A stretch of DNA of 21,366 nt from a virus. The notes beneath the pieces were generated by a model. That model was not told the origin of the DNA. It saw only the letters and a program-made list of their open reading frames with translations, and made no database searches. The stretch is taken from UHGV virus genome UHGV-2192570; one strand, 5' to 3'. The position numbers were made by a program, and so were the translations under genes. Numbering within the stretch: position 1 is the stretch's first letter; every line of letters starts with the position of its first letter. Below are positions 1-9,436 of the stretch, piece by piece.

Positions 1-1254
1 ATGCGTATAGGACAAAATCGTTTTTTGGGGGCTATACACATGTTGCTTTCAGACCTTGCTATCCGCCGCGCGAAGCCAAAAGAGAAAGCCTATACACTCA
101 ATGACGGCAACGGGCTTTCGTTACTCATTGAGCCTAACGGTTCGAAGGGCTGGCGATTGCGATACAGGTTTGCAGGTAAGCCCAAAATGTTGTCGCTGGG
201 TGTTTATCCTGAGGTGTCCCTTTCTGATGCCAGGGCGGCAAGGGATGAAGCCAAAAGGCTTATCGCTGGTGGAGTTAATCCAAGTGATGTGAGAAAAGCC
301 CATAAGAGAGAACAGGCGAGCAAATTCGGTAACACCTTTGAGGCGATCGCCCGTGAGTGGTATGAAAAACGCCTGGACAGATGGTCACAATCATATGCCG
401 CAGAGATGATTGATACGTTTGAGAAGGACGTATTCCCGTATATCGGCAGCAAACCGATAGCAGAAATAAAACCGATGGAATTGCTCGCGGTTCTCTCCCG
501 TCTTAATGACCGTGGCGCAACTGAAAAATTGCGTAAGGTTCGCCAGCGATGTGGCGAAGTGTTCCGGTACGCAATAATTACCGGACGCGCTGAATATAAC
601 CCCGCTCCTGATCTGGCAAGCGCATTTGCACCACACAAAAAAGAGCATTACGCGTATCTGAAAGTTGATGAGCTACCGGAATTTTTCCGCGTTTTTAATA
701 CGTACACCGGAAGCCAGATCGTCAAGCTGGGTATGCGATTATTGATTCTTACAGGACTCCGCCCAGGTGAATTGCGGCAGGCAGAGTGGCAGGAGATTGA
801 TTTTGATAATCGTCTGTGGGAAGTGCCGAAAGAACGAATGAAAATGCGCCGTCCTCATTGCGTGCCGCTTTCAGAACAGGCGATAGCTATTCTGGAACAA
901 CTGAAACACATGACGGGGCAGTATCCGTTTATTTTCCCTGGTCGAATACAGCACAGTAAACCGATGAGTGAAATGGCGATGAACGTGCTTATTCGTCGTA
1001 TTGGTTATGCAGGGCGTGTTACTGGTCATGGGTTCCGGCACACCATGAGTACGATTTTGCACGAGCAGGGGTATAACTCCGCATGGATAGAAACGCAGCT
1101 GGCGCACGTCGATAAAAACTCGATCCGTGGCACATACAATCACGCGCAATATCTGGACGGACGGCGGGAGATGCTCCAGTGGTACGCCGACTATATGGAC
1201 TCACTGGAACAGGGCGGAAACGTGGTACATGGCAAGTTTGGAAAATGTGGATGA
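1..1254 (+). CDS. int: Tyrosine recombinase / phage integrase, P4-like family; true start may be the ATG at 40 (MLLSDLAIRRAKP...)
   Basis: 417-codon ORF. N-terminus resembles P4-family integrases (LSDLAIRRAKPKEKAYTLNDGNGLSL). C-terminal catalytic residues present: R in TGLRPGELR, HGFRHT box, Y in RGTYNHAQY. Confidence 0.85.
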   Translation: MRIGQNRFLGAIHMLLSDLAIRRAKPKEKAYTLNDGNGLSLLIEPNGSKGWRLRYRFAGKPKMLSLGVYPEVSLSDARAARDEAKRLIAGGVNPSDVRKAHKREQASKFGNTFEAIAREWYEKRLDRWSQSYAAEMIDTFEKDVFPYIGSKPIAEIKPMELLAVLSRLNDRGATEKLRKVRQRCGEVFRYAIITGRAEYNPAPDLASAFAPHKKEHYAYLKVDELPEFFRVFNTYTGSQIVKLGMRLLILTGLRPGELRQAEWQEIDFDNRLWEVPKERMKMRRPHCVPLSEQAIAILEQLKHMTGQYPFIFPGRIQHSKPMSEMAMNVLIRRIGYAGRVTGHGFRHTMSTILHEQGYNSAWIETQLAHVDKNSIRGTYNHAQYLDGRREMLQWYADYMDSLEQGGNVVHGKFGKCG

Positions 1255-1381
1255 CTGGTTGAGTATACAGTAGTAGACTTTGAGCGACTAAATAACAGGC
1301 TGTGTCTAGGGTCGCTCCCGAAACCCCGTACACCTCTGCGGACTGGCACAGCCACCACTACAGAGAGTGCGAGGTGTGCAC

Positions 1382-2077
1382 ATGCCGGTTGTGAATGATT
1401 TCCCTGACTTAAGTCATTGGTTTACAGTGCAGGAGTTTACTATTACTCAAGCTGCGTTATTGCTGTCAGGTATTGATCCTCTCGACTACCCAACTCTGGA
1501 GATGGTCAAAGAGGAAAAACACGAACGATGGAGAATGGCATATGGGTTTGCTTATGGAATGGTTACTGCAATTCGACGCGGTGTCTTAACTCCCGTTCTG
1601 TGCGTTGCGTATGATTGGGGGGATATGCGTCGTTTAACCCCAGCAGAGATGATGGATCGTTCAAATAATATATCCATGGACGGAACAATTATTACCCGTT
1701 ATTCATTACAGGAATGGGTAAAAAATGAGAAAGTTGATTATGTAAGACCCTCTCGCTCTATATCGGATAAGGAGATTAAGCCATCTAACCAATCAGTAAT
1801 AATTGATGCCGAATCTAGCGTGATTAATTCTGAAGAAACAGTATTGCTGACTTATGGTCATAAGAGCGAAGGTCTTGAATATGTAGAAGACGCAATAAGA
1901 GAACTTTGGGCAACATATGATCCAGATAATCAACAAACAGCCCCTACAAGAAATGATGTTGTTGAATACCTGAAAGGCAGGGGAGCGGGGCAGAACATGG
2001 CCGAGGCTGTAAACCTGATACTACGCCCCACTGGCTTGCAGCAAGTTGGAAGAAGGAAAAGAAAAACAAATAGTTAA
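1382..2077 (+). CDS. Hypothetical protein (about 231 aa) between int and alpA; C-terminal half AT-rich
   Basis: ORF 1367..2077; ATG at 1382 preceded by GAGG at 1371-1374 (7-nt spacer). No motif recognised. Confidence 0.6.
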   Translation: MPVVNDFPDLSHWFTVQEFTITQAALLLSGIDPLDYPTLEMVKEEKHERWRMAYGFAYGMVTAIRRGVLTPVLCVAYDWGDMRRLTPAEMMDRSNNISMDGTIITRYSLQEWVKNEKVDYVRPSRSISDKEIKPSNQSVIIDAESSVINSEETVLLTYGHKSEGLEYVEDAIRELWATYDPDNQQTAPTRNDVVEYLKGRGAGQNMAEAVNLILRPTGLQQVGRRKRKTNS

Positions 2078-2270
2078 ATAGTGCCCACCCTTCGTAAAAA
2101 AAGGTGGCACTATTTGCTCAAAACTCTTTTGCTTATGGCGAGAAATCATAGTTAAGCGTGCGTTTTCTTTGCTTATTGATACTGGAATGGTGGCAGCATT
2201 ATTAAAATAATAGTGGGCTCTATTCCATTGAAATAGTACCCACCATTAAAAATAGTACCCACCTATAAAT
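2077..2270. promoter_or_regulatory. Operator-like array of a 13-bp motif AATAGTRCCCACC upstream of alpA, with TATAAAT -10-like element
   Basis: Motif at 2077-2089 (+), 2103-2114 (inverted, GGTGGCACTATT), 2209-2218 (inverted core), 2232-2244 (+), 2251-2263 (+). First pair forms a 12-bp inverted repeat around an A-run. TATAAAT at 2264-2270. Confidence 0.5.
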
Positions 2271-2325
2271 ATGTTTTCCTTTTATGCATCATTGTAGACG
2301 GTTATAGACGTTACGAGGATTGAAT

Positions 2326-2523
2326 ATGTCAAATAACTTACTTCGTCTTTCTGATGTTATGCGCCGTACTGGTTACGGTCGCGCTTGGATTTATCGCCTG
2401 ATCAGCCTGGGGCGCTTCCCTAAACCTGTAAAAATTGGTTCCCGCTCCGTGGCTTTTATTGAAAGCGAAGTCGATGAATGGATTAACCAGCGTATTGATG
2501 CTTCTCGCAACAACGCCGCGTAA
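2326..2523 (+). CDS. alpA: AlpA-family HTH regulator / excisionase-like protein
   Basis: 65 aa from ATG 2326 (GAGGA at 2315-2319). Sequence LLRLSDVMRRTGYGRAWIYRLISLGRFPKPVKIGSRSVAFIESEVDEWI matches the AlpA/Vis-type HTH pattern. Position right after int is typical. Confidence 0.8.
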   Translation: MSNNLLRLSDVMRRTGYGRAWIYRLISLGRFPKPVKIGSRSVAFIESEVDEWINQRIDASRNNAA

Positions 2524-2587
2524 TAATCTTTTGGGAGGGGGATATTCTCCCCCAGCACTAAACCTGATCCGATAGCAGGAGTTTTCA

Positions 2588-3307
2588 ATGAAACGTCCGA
2601 ATATGCCCGTACAGGGGCAGGGCTTCGTTCAGCCTGAAATCAGCCAGAACGATATATTGATTCGCCACAAAGCAGAGTCGCGTATTGATTCCCGCGTTAT
2701 TTCTGAGCGAGCAGGAATACAACACGAAAGTATCATTGCGACGATTAAATCTCATCAATCCAGATTGCGCGAGCTTGGCTCACTGCCTCGCCAGTCAGTC
2801 AAGGAATTAACCTATTTGAAATCGGGAAAATCTGGCCGCAAGCGCGGTCGTCCTGAAATTAGTTATTTGCTGAATGAGCTACAGCTTGACTATCTGTTAC
2901 GCGTTATCCGTGGGCGTGACGCAGAACGTATCAACCAGTTCAAGCTGGATGTTACGAAGGCATTCGCGAAGCATCGCGCCGCTGAACCAGTCCGTCGCGA
3001 ATATCTGCCAGGCTATCACGAAAGCCGTGACGGGCTTAAAGCACTGGGCGCAGAACGTCACCATTACATCAACCTTGCCCGCACTGAAAATCGCTTCGCT
3101 GGGCTGGCTGTAGGCGAGCGTCAGAGCGCGGGAGAGCAACAGTTAGGCTTACTGATAGTCATGCAGAAAATCGAGCAGGCAGCATTTAACGAGGCGATAC
3201 AGAACGGCATGACACCGACCGAAGCGGTGCGGGAAGTTGCTCGCCGCATGGAGACGTTCGCCAGCCTGATGACGTCAGCGCCGTCTCTGGGGGTGAATCA
3301 TGCGTAA
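2588..3307 (+). CDS. Phage regulatory protein, Rha-like (putative)
   Basis: 239 aa; AGGAG at 2577-2581. Segment IDSRVISERAGIQHESIIATIKSHQSRLRELG resembles the Rha family motif; recognition from memory. Confidence 0.5.
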   Translation: MKRPNMPVQGQGFVQPEISQNDILIRHKAESRIDSRVISERAGIQHESIIATIKSHQSRLRELGSLPRQSVKELTYLKSGKSGRKRGRPEISYLLNELQLDYLLRVIRGRDAERINQFKLDVTKAFAKHRAAEPVRREYLPGYHESRDGLKALGAERHHYINLARTENRFAGLAVGERQSAGEQQLGLLIVMQKIEQAAFNEAIQNGMTPTEAVREVARRMETFASLMTSAPSLGVNHA

Positions 3308-4046
3308 TTATGATTTCGCCGCAATTATTCCGGTATCACCTGGCATTATTGGCGGATATGAAACGGGCATTGTCAGCGCACGCGCACTGCATAAAGCGCT
3401 CGGTGTAGGCCGTGATTTCACCAATTGGATTAAAGGGCGTATTGAGGAGTATGAATTTAAAAAGGGAATGAATTTTGAGGTTGTAGAAAATTTGAGCTCG
3501 CCAAATCCGGCGAGCGCAAAATCTCGCCAGCAGCTTGCTCATGATTACTTGCTCACCGTGAACATGGGTAAAGAACTGGCGATGGTCGAACGCACTGAAC
3601 AGGGCCGCGCAATTCGCCAGTACTTCATCAAATGTGAAGAAGAGCTACACAAGGCAGCGCCGGAACGTGCCGCAGCTTTGCGCCGTGAACTGAAAGCGCG
3701 TGTCACCGTTGCCAGTTTTTTTAAGCCTATGTGCGCTGCGCTGGAGTTGTACCGCGCAGAGCTGGGAAAAGAGACTCATCAACACCACTACACCACAGAA
3801 TCAAATATGCTGGCGCGTATCGTGCTGGGCGGCATGACGGCGAAACAATGGGCGCAGGCGAACGGCATCAAAGGAAAACCGCGTGACAGCATGAGCGTTA
3901 TGCAGCTTGAACACCTTTCCTACCTTGAGCAGAGCAATATCACGCTGATTGAGTTGGGTATGACTTACCAGCAGCGAAAAGCCGAATTAATCCGCCTTTC
4001 ACAGCGCTGGCTGGCCCGTCGCATGGGAGAGCATGAACATGCCTGA
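3300..4046 (+). CDS. Phage antirepressor-like protein with AntA-type domain (putative)
   Basis: 248 aa, overlaps upstream stop (coupled). Segment VSARALHKALGVGRDFTNWIKGRIEEYEFKKGMNF resembles the AntA N-terminal domain; from memory. Confidence 0.55.
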   Translation: MRNYDFAAIIPVSPGIIGGYETGIVSARALHKALGVGRDFTNWIKGRIEEYEFKKGMNFEVVENLSSPNPASAKSRQQLAHDYLLTVNMGKELAMVERTEQGRAIRQYFIKCEEELHKAAPERAAALRRELKARVTVASFFKPMCAALELYRAELGKETHQHHYTTESNMLARIVLGGMTAKQWAQANGIKGKPRDSMSVMQLEHLSYLEQSNITLIELGMTYQQRKAELIRLSQRWLARRMGEHEHA

Positions 4047-4355
4047 CATCCTCAAACCTGCTGTCCGGTACATCGACACGGCGGATAAGTTCGCACTACT
4101 GAACATCAACCATGCGGATTACATGCGCCATATCGTGAGCCATTTCGCCGCTGAGCGCATGAAACACGTTAAGCAATACTTGGGGGAGGTTTTATCAAAT
4201 TATCGCGCTGGTGGCCCTGTACGGCGCGAATATCCGCATGATGCAGGAATGGCAGGCAAAACAAAGGCGACCACGAAAGGGTCGCCAGTGGAGATAAAGG
4301 AAATCAAGCGCTTTATCCACAATGCCATATCTGAAGCTGGCGGACAATATGCAGT

Positions 4356-4619
4356 TTACGACGAATGGCCCCTTGGTCCCGATGTTCGTATTTTCTTACG
4401 GCATGTACTTTTCAGAAAATTATCAAGTGCAAAAGCTTCAGGTGCTTCTCTGTGTTCCCGTGCCAGAGCGTTAAGTTCTTTACGTGTTAATTCTGTTGCT
4501 CTTGCCTGTTCGCGTGCAGCTTTCCGCTTTCGTTCATGTTCAGTTATACGGGCGCTGGTCAGTGTAACCATCATGGCAAAGGAGTTTTTTTTCTGGTCAT
4601 CCATCGTGTCTTCCTGCAT
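4356..4619 (-). CDS. Hypothetical small charged helical protein (87 aa), antisense to the long + frame
   Basis: Translation MQEDTMDDQKKNSFAMMVTLTSARITEHERKRKAAREQARATELTRKELNALAREHREAPEAF... is protein-like (K/E/R-rich). No homology known to me. Confidence 0.3.
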   Translation of the reverse strand: MQEDTMDDQKKNSFAMMVTLTSARITEHERKRKAAREQARATELTRKELNALAREHREAPEAFALDNFLKSTCRKKIRTSGPRGHSS

Positions 4620-4899
4620 AACAATACGCCGTGGTTCCTCACACTACGGTGCTGGTGGCTTTTATCCTTTGGGTTCTATACCGCGTTGCTGTAATTCTTT
4701 GCGGATTATTCGCTTTATCCAGGCTGCAAGAGAATCATCACCGTCCTGTTGTTGTGCTTTTTCCATCTTTTCCCGTAAGTCAGGATCTAAACGGAACTGG
4801 AACGGGGGATTACCACGCCTTTCGCTTTTGTGTATTGACACGTTAATTACACCTCATGTAGTGTGTTTATGTGTCTCTACACATTACATACACTCAATG

Positions 4900-4940
4900 C
4901 AAAAAACAACGCCCCGCAGTGCTGAAATACGTGCAGGGCG
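4900..4940 (-). terminator. Intrinsic terminator on the minus strand
   Basis: Arms CGCCCCGCA (4910-4918) and TGCAGGGCG (4932-4940), 8 of 9 bp paired, 13-nt loop. On the minus strand the stem is followed by TTGTTTTTTG (complement of 4900-4909). Confidence 0.5.
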
Positions 4941-5039
4941 TCTAACCAAATCGCGATCAGGAGTAACGATTATGGCTGTCAGACAGCATACTCCACACTC
5001 TGTACACATACAAACAGCACACGAACCGCTGGCAGGTTG

Positions 5040-5471
5040 TCAGCCTGGCGGTCGGTTTTTAGTGGCTTTTAACCGCCGTGGGTATTTCTCGACAAAAGCC
5101 TCAAGGGCAAATCGTGTTGGCCTGGTGAGTGGCTGTGGATTAAGTAACAACCTCCTTTGCCGTTGTGCTTTTTCGCGCTGTCGCTCAAGTATGGATAATG
5201 CGATTTCCTGTAGCTCTTCATTTGTCATTGTCTGTACCTGTAAAGCAGTACGCCGTAACACACCACGCTACAGCGATGATGGTTTCTGCTGTTGTAATTT
5301 GTTGCGTTGGTTTTTTCTGCCACTGAGAAACACCTCAAGCGGTGGCGGTTCGCTGGTTTTTTCTGGCGGGGTTAATTTTTCTTGCCTGGTTTCAATGATG
5401 GCACGTATCAGTCGCTGGCGTTGTAGTGCGCTGATATTCGGGGTAACGGGCGAAAATCTGTGCTTACTCAT
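5040..5471 (-). pseudogene. Two minus-strand ORFs (67 and 73 codons) in one frame separated by a single TAG; possible disrupted gene
   Basis: ORFs 5268..5471 and 5040..5261 share a frame; the only interruption is the amber codon at 5268-5270. Lies just upstream of the minus-strand terminator at 4900-4940. Confidence 0.25.
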
Positions 5472-6058
5472 ACTGGATTCCGGTAATGCATTATGTCGTG
5501 ATGCCTCATATCACGGCGCTGGTTATTGTCTGGTACGTTGTCTTTCTTTCTGGTATCCATCCTTTCTGGAAGGATATGTGAATATTTTTCGCACAAACTT
5601 TTCTCGCAACACATCCGACCACTTAAGCAAAAAAGCGGCATATACTGAGGCTATCCCTTATAAAACGGGGATCGGGATTGGCCTCCCGCTGGAGTTAGAG
5701 GCGATACACGACGCGCCAGCGTCTTTTTTTGTATCGGCGCACACGCACACCTCAACAATGGTGGGCTGTATGGAACTTCCTTCGGGAAGGCTGGTTTCCT
5801 CTAACACCAGTAAGGCCAATTCCGTACAGTCTACCGCCAGCAAGATTGGCCTCTTGGGCGGTGGGTATAATCCCAAAGTCAGAGGAGCCTTTCACATGGC
5901 TGTATCCGCACGCCCTTACTTTGTCTGGCGCTTTATGCAGTGCCTGACAGACAGCATTGCAATATTCACCGTTACCGCTGCCACTGAGCGCGAAGCACGC
6001 GCCCAGCTGCCGCACGCACATCTTATTTTTGTCGCCCGTATCCGTCAGGAGGTGACTC

Positions 6059-6244
6059 ATGCTTAAAACCTTCCGCGTCTTTTCCCGTGCTGTTAACAAG
6101 CGTGGCTATACCGTTGGCATCACGCAGAACGTGAAGGCCGAAAACGTCCAGGCTGCAATCAGCACAGTAATTAACAAATCAGCTAAAGCCGGTTTATCCG
6201 GCGTAATTATCCACGCAGTGACATGTATTCAGGATGAGGAGTAA
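6059..6244 (+). CDS. Small hypothetical protein (61 aa)
   Basis: Strong SD AGGAGGTGA at 6047-6055, 3 nt before ATG 6059. Confidence 0.55.
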   Translation: MLKTFRVFSRAVNKRGYTVGITQNVKAENVQAAISTVINKSAKAGLSGVIIHAVTCIQDEE

Positions 6245-6247
6245 TTC

Positions 6248-6442
6248 ATGTGTAATTTTTCCGATATGACTGTTGATGAAGCAGCAAAAAGCGCAATGCA
6301 GGCAGAACTTATTTGTTCTCTGATGATGGGTAACACAGGTGAAATGACTGAGGGTGAGATTGAGTCATTGCTCGCCCTGATTAAGCAGCTTACAGGTAAG
6401 GCTGGTAGCTGGCTGATTGCGGCATCGGGTGATATGCAATAA
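6248..6442 (+). CDS. Small acidic hypothetical protein (64 aa)
   Basis: SD GAGGAG at 6236-6241, 6-nt spacer to ATG 6248. Immediately follows previous gene. Confidence 0.55.
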   Translation: MCNFSDMTVDEAAKSAMQAELICSLMMGNTGEMTEGEIESLLALIKQLTGKAGSWLIAASGDMQ

Positions 6443-6508
6443 GGGAATAAATAACAGGATGAAATAAATACCAGCGAATTAAAGCGTTACATATCAGGAA
6501 ATAAAACG

Positions 6509-6631
6509 ATGAAACGTAAATATTCTGGCTTAACTGCCAGTAGCAAAACTCACCCCGAATTTATGTGCGGGGATACTTATCGCAATGAATACGGTAGCCA
6601 CATGACGATGATCAGCAGAGGTAAGAAATGA
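6509..6631 (+). CDS. Possible 40-codon leader ORF coupled to the replication gene
   Basis: ATG 6509 with AGGAA at 6496-6500. Its TGA stop (6629-6631) overlaps the ATG of the downstream gene (ATGA). Below the ORF-track size cutoff. Confidence 0.3.
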   Translation: MKRKYSGLTASSKTHPEFMCGDTYRNEYGSHMTMISRGKK

Positions 6632-8769
6632 AAAGCGCACCGAACTTAAAAAAACAGCCTCGAGGGAAAAAACACGCCGATACGGAAGTGATTATTTTCG
6701 CTGGCAGTGATGCGTGGGCGCACGCGAAACAGTGGCTGGAGCAGGACGGAAAACTTGCCGGAGATAATATACCGCCTGTCGTGCTGGCTGATGAGCAACT
6801 TAAAGATATTGGCAATCTGCAAATTGTACCCGACGGGCGCAAATCAGCGCGGATATACAAGGCCGGACACCTTGATCAGGTGATGGTCAAAGGCATAGGT
6901 CAGAAGCTGGCGGCGGCAGGCGTACAGGACGCAGACTATTACCCCGAAGGTATGCACCATAACGAGCGGCAGAACTGGCGTAACTATCTGGAGACTGAGC
7001 GCAAAAACATTTCTGACGGACTGGTTATTGAGCTGCCTGTAAAGAAAAAAACATCCGAACAATCAGAGGATGAATTAAAACCCCGCGTTGAATGCCGTCC
7101 TGATGGCGTTTACTGGGTTACGCCAAAGGTTGATAAGCAATCAGGCGAAATTATACGGCCTGAAACGTGGTTATGTGCTTCGGTTGAATTACTGGGCGCT
7201 GGTGTCATTGGTAACGAGCATTACCGCGTGATGCGCTGGACAGATTCGACAACAAATCGGCTTGTCACTATGGCCGTGCCTTGCTGCGGAATAGGCGACA
7301 GTGACGGCTGGCGGTTACTGAAAGCCAACGGGCTTAAAGTCACGACAAACGGAAAACACAGGATCCCCCTGGCTGACTGGATGCAGTTAGGCGGACAGCA
7401 TGAGGAATGGCACTTAAGCACGAAAGCTGGCTGGCACTTTGGCGCGTACATCATGCCGGACGGTACGGTTATCGGCGAATCTGACAAGCCCGTTTTGTTT
7501 ACCGGAAAAAGTGCTGCCATTAACGGTTATTCCGTGGCGGGTACGGTGGATAGCTGGCGCGACAGCGTGGCGCGGCTGGCTGGTGGTAATCCGTTCATGA
7601 TGCTGGGCATAGCGACGTCATTATCCGCACCATTAGTCGGGCTGGTCGGTGCTGATGGCTTTGGTGTGCATTTTTTCGAAAACTCCACAGCAGGTAAGAC
7701 CACAACACAAAGCGTGGCATCGAGTTTATGGGGTGATCCTGAAGCGCAGCGATTAACCTGGTACGGAACAGCGTTAGGCATTGCTAACGAGGCTGAAGCA
7801 CACAACCACGGGCTTTTACCACTGGATGAGATAGGACAGGCAGCAAGCGCCCGTGATGTGTACGTATCGGCTTATACGCTGTTTAACGGCTTCGGGAAAT
7901 TACAGGGGGCAAAAGACGGCGGAAACAGGGAGCTGAAAAGCTGGCGCACAGTCGCTATCAGCACCGGAGAAGTGGACATTGAAACATTCCTCAAAACCGA
8001 GGGGATAAAGGTAAAAGTGGGGCAGCTTGTCCGCCTGCTTAACGTGCCAATAGAGAAGGCCACGCAGTTACACGGATACGCGAACGGAAAGGATCACGCA
8101 GATGCATTGAAAGCAGCATGGAAAGAAAACCACGGGGCAGCGGGTCGTGAGTGGGTTAAATGGCTGGCAGCCCACCAGCAGGAGGCAAAGGATACGGTAA
8201 GGGAATGCCGCGAACGGTGGCGCAACCTGATACCGGAGAGCTACGGCGAGCAGGTCCACCGCGTGGGTGAACGTTTCGCCATACTGGAGGCCGCACTTGT
8301 GCTTTCCGGTCATGTAACAGGCTGGGCCGTGCAGGAATGCCGCGACGCGATACTGCACAACTTTAATGCCTGGGTGAAGGTGTTCGGTACGGGGAACAAG
8401 GAGCACAAGCAGATTATTGAACAGGCTGAGGCGTTTCTTGCGGCCTATGGGATGAGCAGGTTTGCCCCTGTCAATTATGACCCCGCCAGTCTGCCAATTC
8501 CTGAACTGTACGGCTACAGGGAAAGCGACGGGCGTTATGACGAACCTGTTTTGTTCTACGTGCTGCCGGATCCGTTCGGCTCACATGTGGCGAATGGATT
8601 TAACAAGGATGCCGTGGCAAAAGTTCTTCATGAAGCCGGAATGCTGAAAAGACCATCCAGCGGTCGTGGGTGGCAAATCAGGACACCACGGCTAAAACAC
8701 CTGAAAGGGGCGCGCCTGAGAGTGTACGGCCTTTTGCTGGCGCAGGACCACGACACGGAAAGCGATTAA
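6628..8769 (+). CDS. Replication initiation protein, primase/helicase-like (Toprim-like N-terminus plus P-loop NTPase)
   Basis: 713 aa; GAGG at 6618-6621. N-terminal EVIIFAGSDAW is Toprim-like; central FFENSTAGKTTT is Walker-A-like. Iteron array lies directly downstream. Confidence 0.65.
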   Translation: MKSAPNLKKQPRGKKHADTEVIIFAGSDAWAHAKQWLEQDGKLAGDNIPPVVLADEQLKDIGNLQIVPDGRKSARIYKAGHLDQVMVKGIGQKLAAAGVQDADYYPEGMHHNERQNWRNYLETERKNISDGLVIELPVKKKTSEQSEDELKPRVECRPDGVYWVTPKVDKQSGEIIRPETWLCASVELLGAGVIGNEHYRVMRWTDSTTNRLVTMAVPCCGIGDSDGWRLLKANGLKVTTNGKHRIPLADWMQLGGQHEEWHLSTKAGWHFGAYIMPDGTVIGESDKPVLFTGKSAAINGYSVAGTVDSWRDSVARLAGGNPFMMLGIATSLSAPLVGLVGADGFGVHFFENSTAGKTTTQSVASSLWGDPEAQRLTWYGTALGIANEAEAHNHGLLPLDEIGQAASARDVYVSAYTLFNGFGKLQGAKDGGNRELKSWRTVAISTGEVDIETFLKTEGIKVKVGQLVRLLNVPIEKATQLHGYANGKDHADALKAAWKENHGAAGREWVKWLAAHQQEAKDTVRECRERWRNLIPESYGEQVHRVGERFAILEAALVLSGHVTGWAVQECRDAILHNFNAWVKVFGTGNKEHKQIIEQAEAFLAAYGMSRFAPVNYDPASLPIPELYGYRESDGRYDEPVLFYVLPDPFGSHVANGFNKDAVAKVLHEAGMLKRPSSGRGWQIRTPRLKHLKGARLRVYGLLLAQDHDTESD

Positions 8770-8794
8770 TCTCGCGTATAGGCGATGAAAAAAT

Positions 8795-9085
8795 GTTGTC
8801 CCAGTTGTCCCACTACGGATTAATTAATTGATTTTACTAAAAATACAATAAAAAAAGTGGGACAACATTACAGCATTTTGGGACGACATCGGGGTATTTT
8901 GGGACGACATAGCGACATTTTGGGACGACACAACGAGCGTTAATTACCCTGGCTGGTAACTGGGACAACATAAAACCCCTCATGTTGTCCCAAAATCGGC
9001 TAATGTCGTCCCACTTTTCGGAGTGTATTTTTAATTAAATCAATAGATTATGTGTAAGTGGGACAACTGGGACAACTGGGACGAC
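8795..9085. repeat. Iteron array: 12 copies of the 9-mer TGGGACRAC in both orientations, followed by an AT-rich tract; putative origin of replication
   Basis: Plus copies at 8858, 8879, 8900, 8921, 8961, 9059, 9068, 9077. Inverted copies at 8795, 8804, 8984, 9005. Three copies are phased at exactly 21 bp. AT-rich stretch 9090-9118. Confidence 0.7.
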
Positions 9086-9130
9086 GTGTTTTTGTATATA
9101 TATAAAAAAATAAATTGAGAGGATGAATTC

Positions 9131-9436
9131 ATGAGTGAAATTACTGTTAAAAATATCTCACCTGCGGTAGCTGGCTGGTGGGCGAAGTTCAGAGACGACG
9201 GCACGGAATGGTACAGCCCGATTGCTGCATGGGCGCTTTGTGAGGTCGCCCCCTGTAATACGGGATGTGTGTATCAGGAGATACTACCCGTCTTGCCAGG
9301 TGAAGCAGGCATGGAGCCGCATTATTCTGATTGTGGGGCGTGCGAGTGCCTTTATCTGCCGGACAAGAAGTTTGTTCACTGCGGGGAGTCATGGGTATTT
9401 GCCTGGTATCCGGTTGACGATAACCATCAACGCTAA
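9131..9436 (+). CDS. Cysteine-rich small hypothetical protein (101 aa), possibly metal-binding
   Basis: GAGAGG at 9117-9122. Seven Cys in clusters (CEVAPCNTGC, CGACEC, HCGE). Confidence 0.6.
   Translation: MSEITVKNISPAVAGWWAKFRDDGTEWYSPIAAWALCEVAPCNTGCVYQEILPVLPGEAGMEPHYSDCGACECLYLPDKKFVHCGESWVFAWYPVDDNHQR

Larger units (their letters stand above)
4033..6066 (+). other. Anomalous 2-kb stop-free frame; only the first ~115 codons look protein-like. Coding status unresolved (shadow of minus-strand genes, or decayed gene)
   Basis: Start overlaps stop of upstream gene. After ~aa 115 the translation is Cys/Ser/Arg-rich and implausible. Minus-strand ORFs in the wobble-sharing antisense frame look more protein-like. 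Confidence 0.3.

Noticed and set aside
56..1333. Multiple ORFs overlapping the integrase on both strands (56..292, 121..303, 204..638, 391..648, 871..1149, 1019..1333)
   Set aside because: All lie within the well-supported integrase frame; composition is typical of shadow ORFs.
2531..2556. GC-rich hairpin after the alpA stop as a terminator
   Set aside because: The GGGGGA/TCCCCC stem is not followed by a T-run on either strand. Possibly an attenuator, but not supportable as an intrinsic terminator.
4033..6066. Treating the 677-codon ORF as a genuine large protein
   Set aside because: After ~115 residues the translation is implausibly Cys/Ser/Arg-rich with no recognisable domain, and the opposite strand carries more protein-like ORFs in the wobble-sharing frame. 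Kept only as an anomaly.
6612..8647. ORFs inside or antisense to the replication gene (6612..6860, 6844..7062, 7221..7520, 7527..7805, 7872..8063, 8068..8406, 8462..8647)
   Set aside because: Nested in a long well-supported CDS, with no SD and low-complexity translations.
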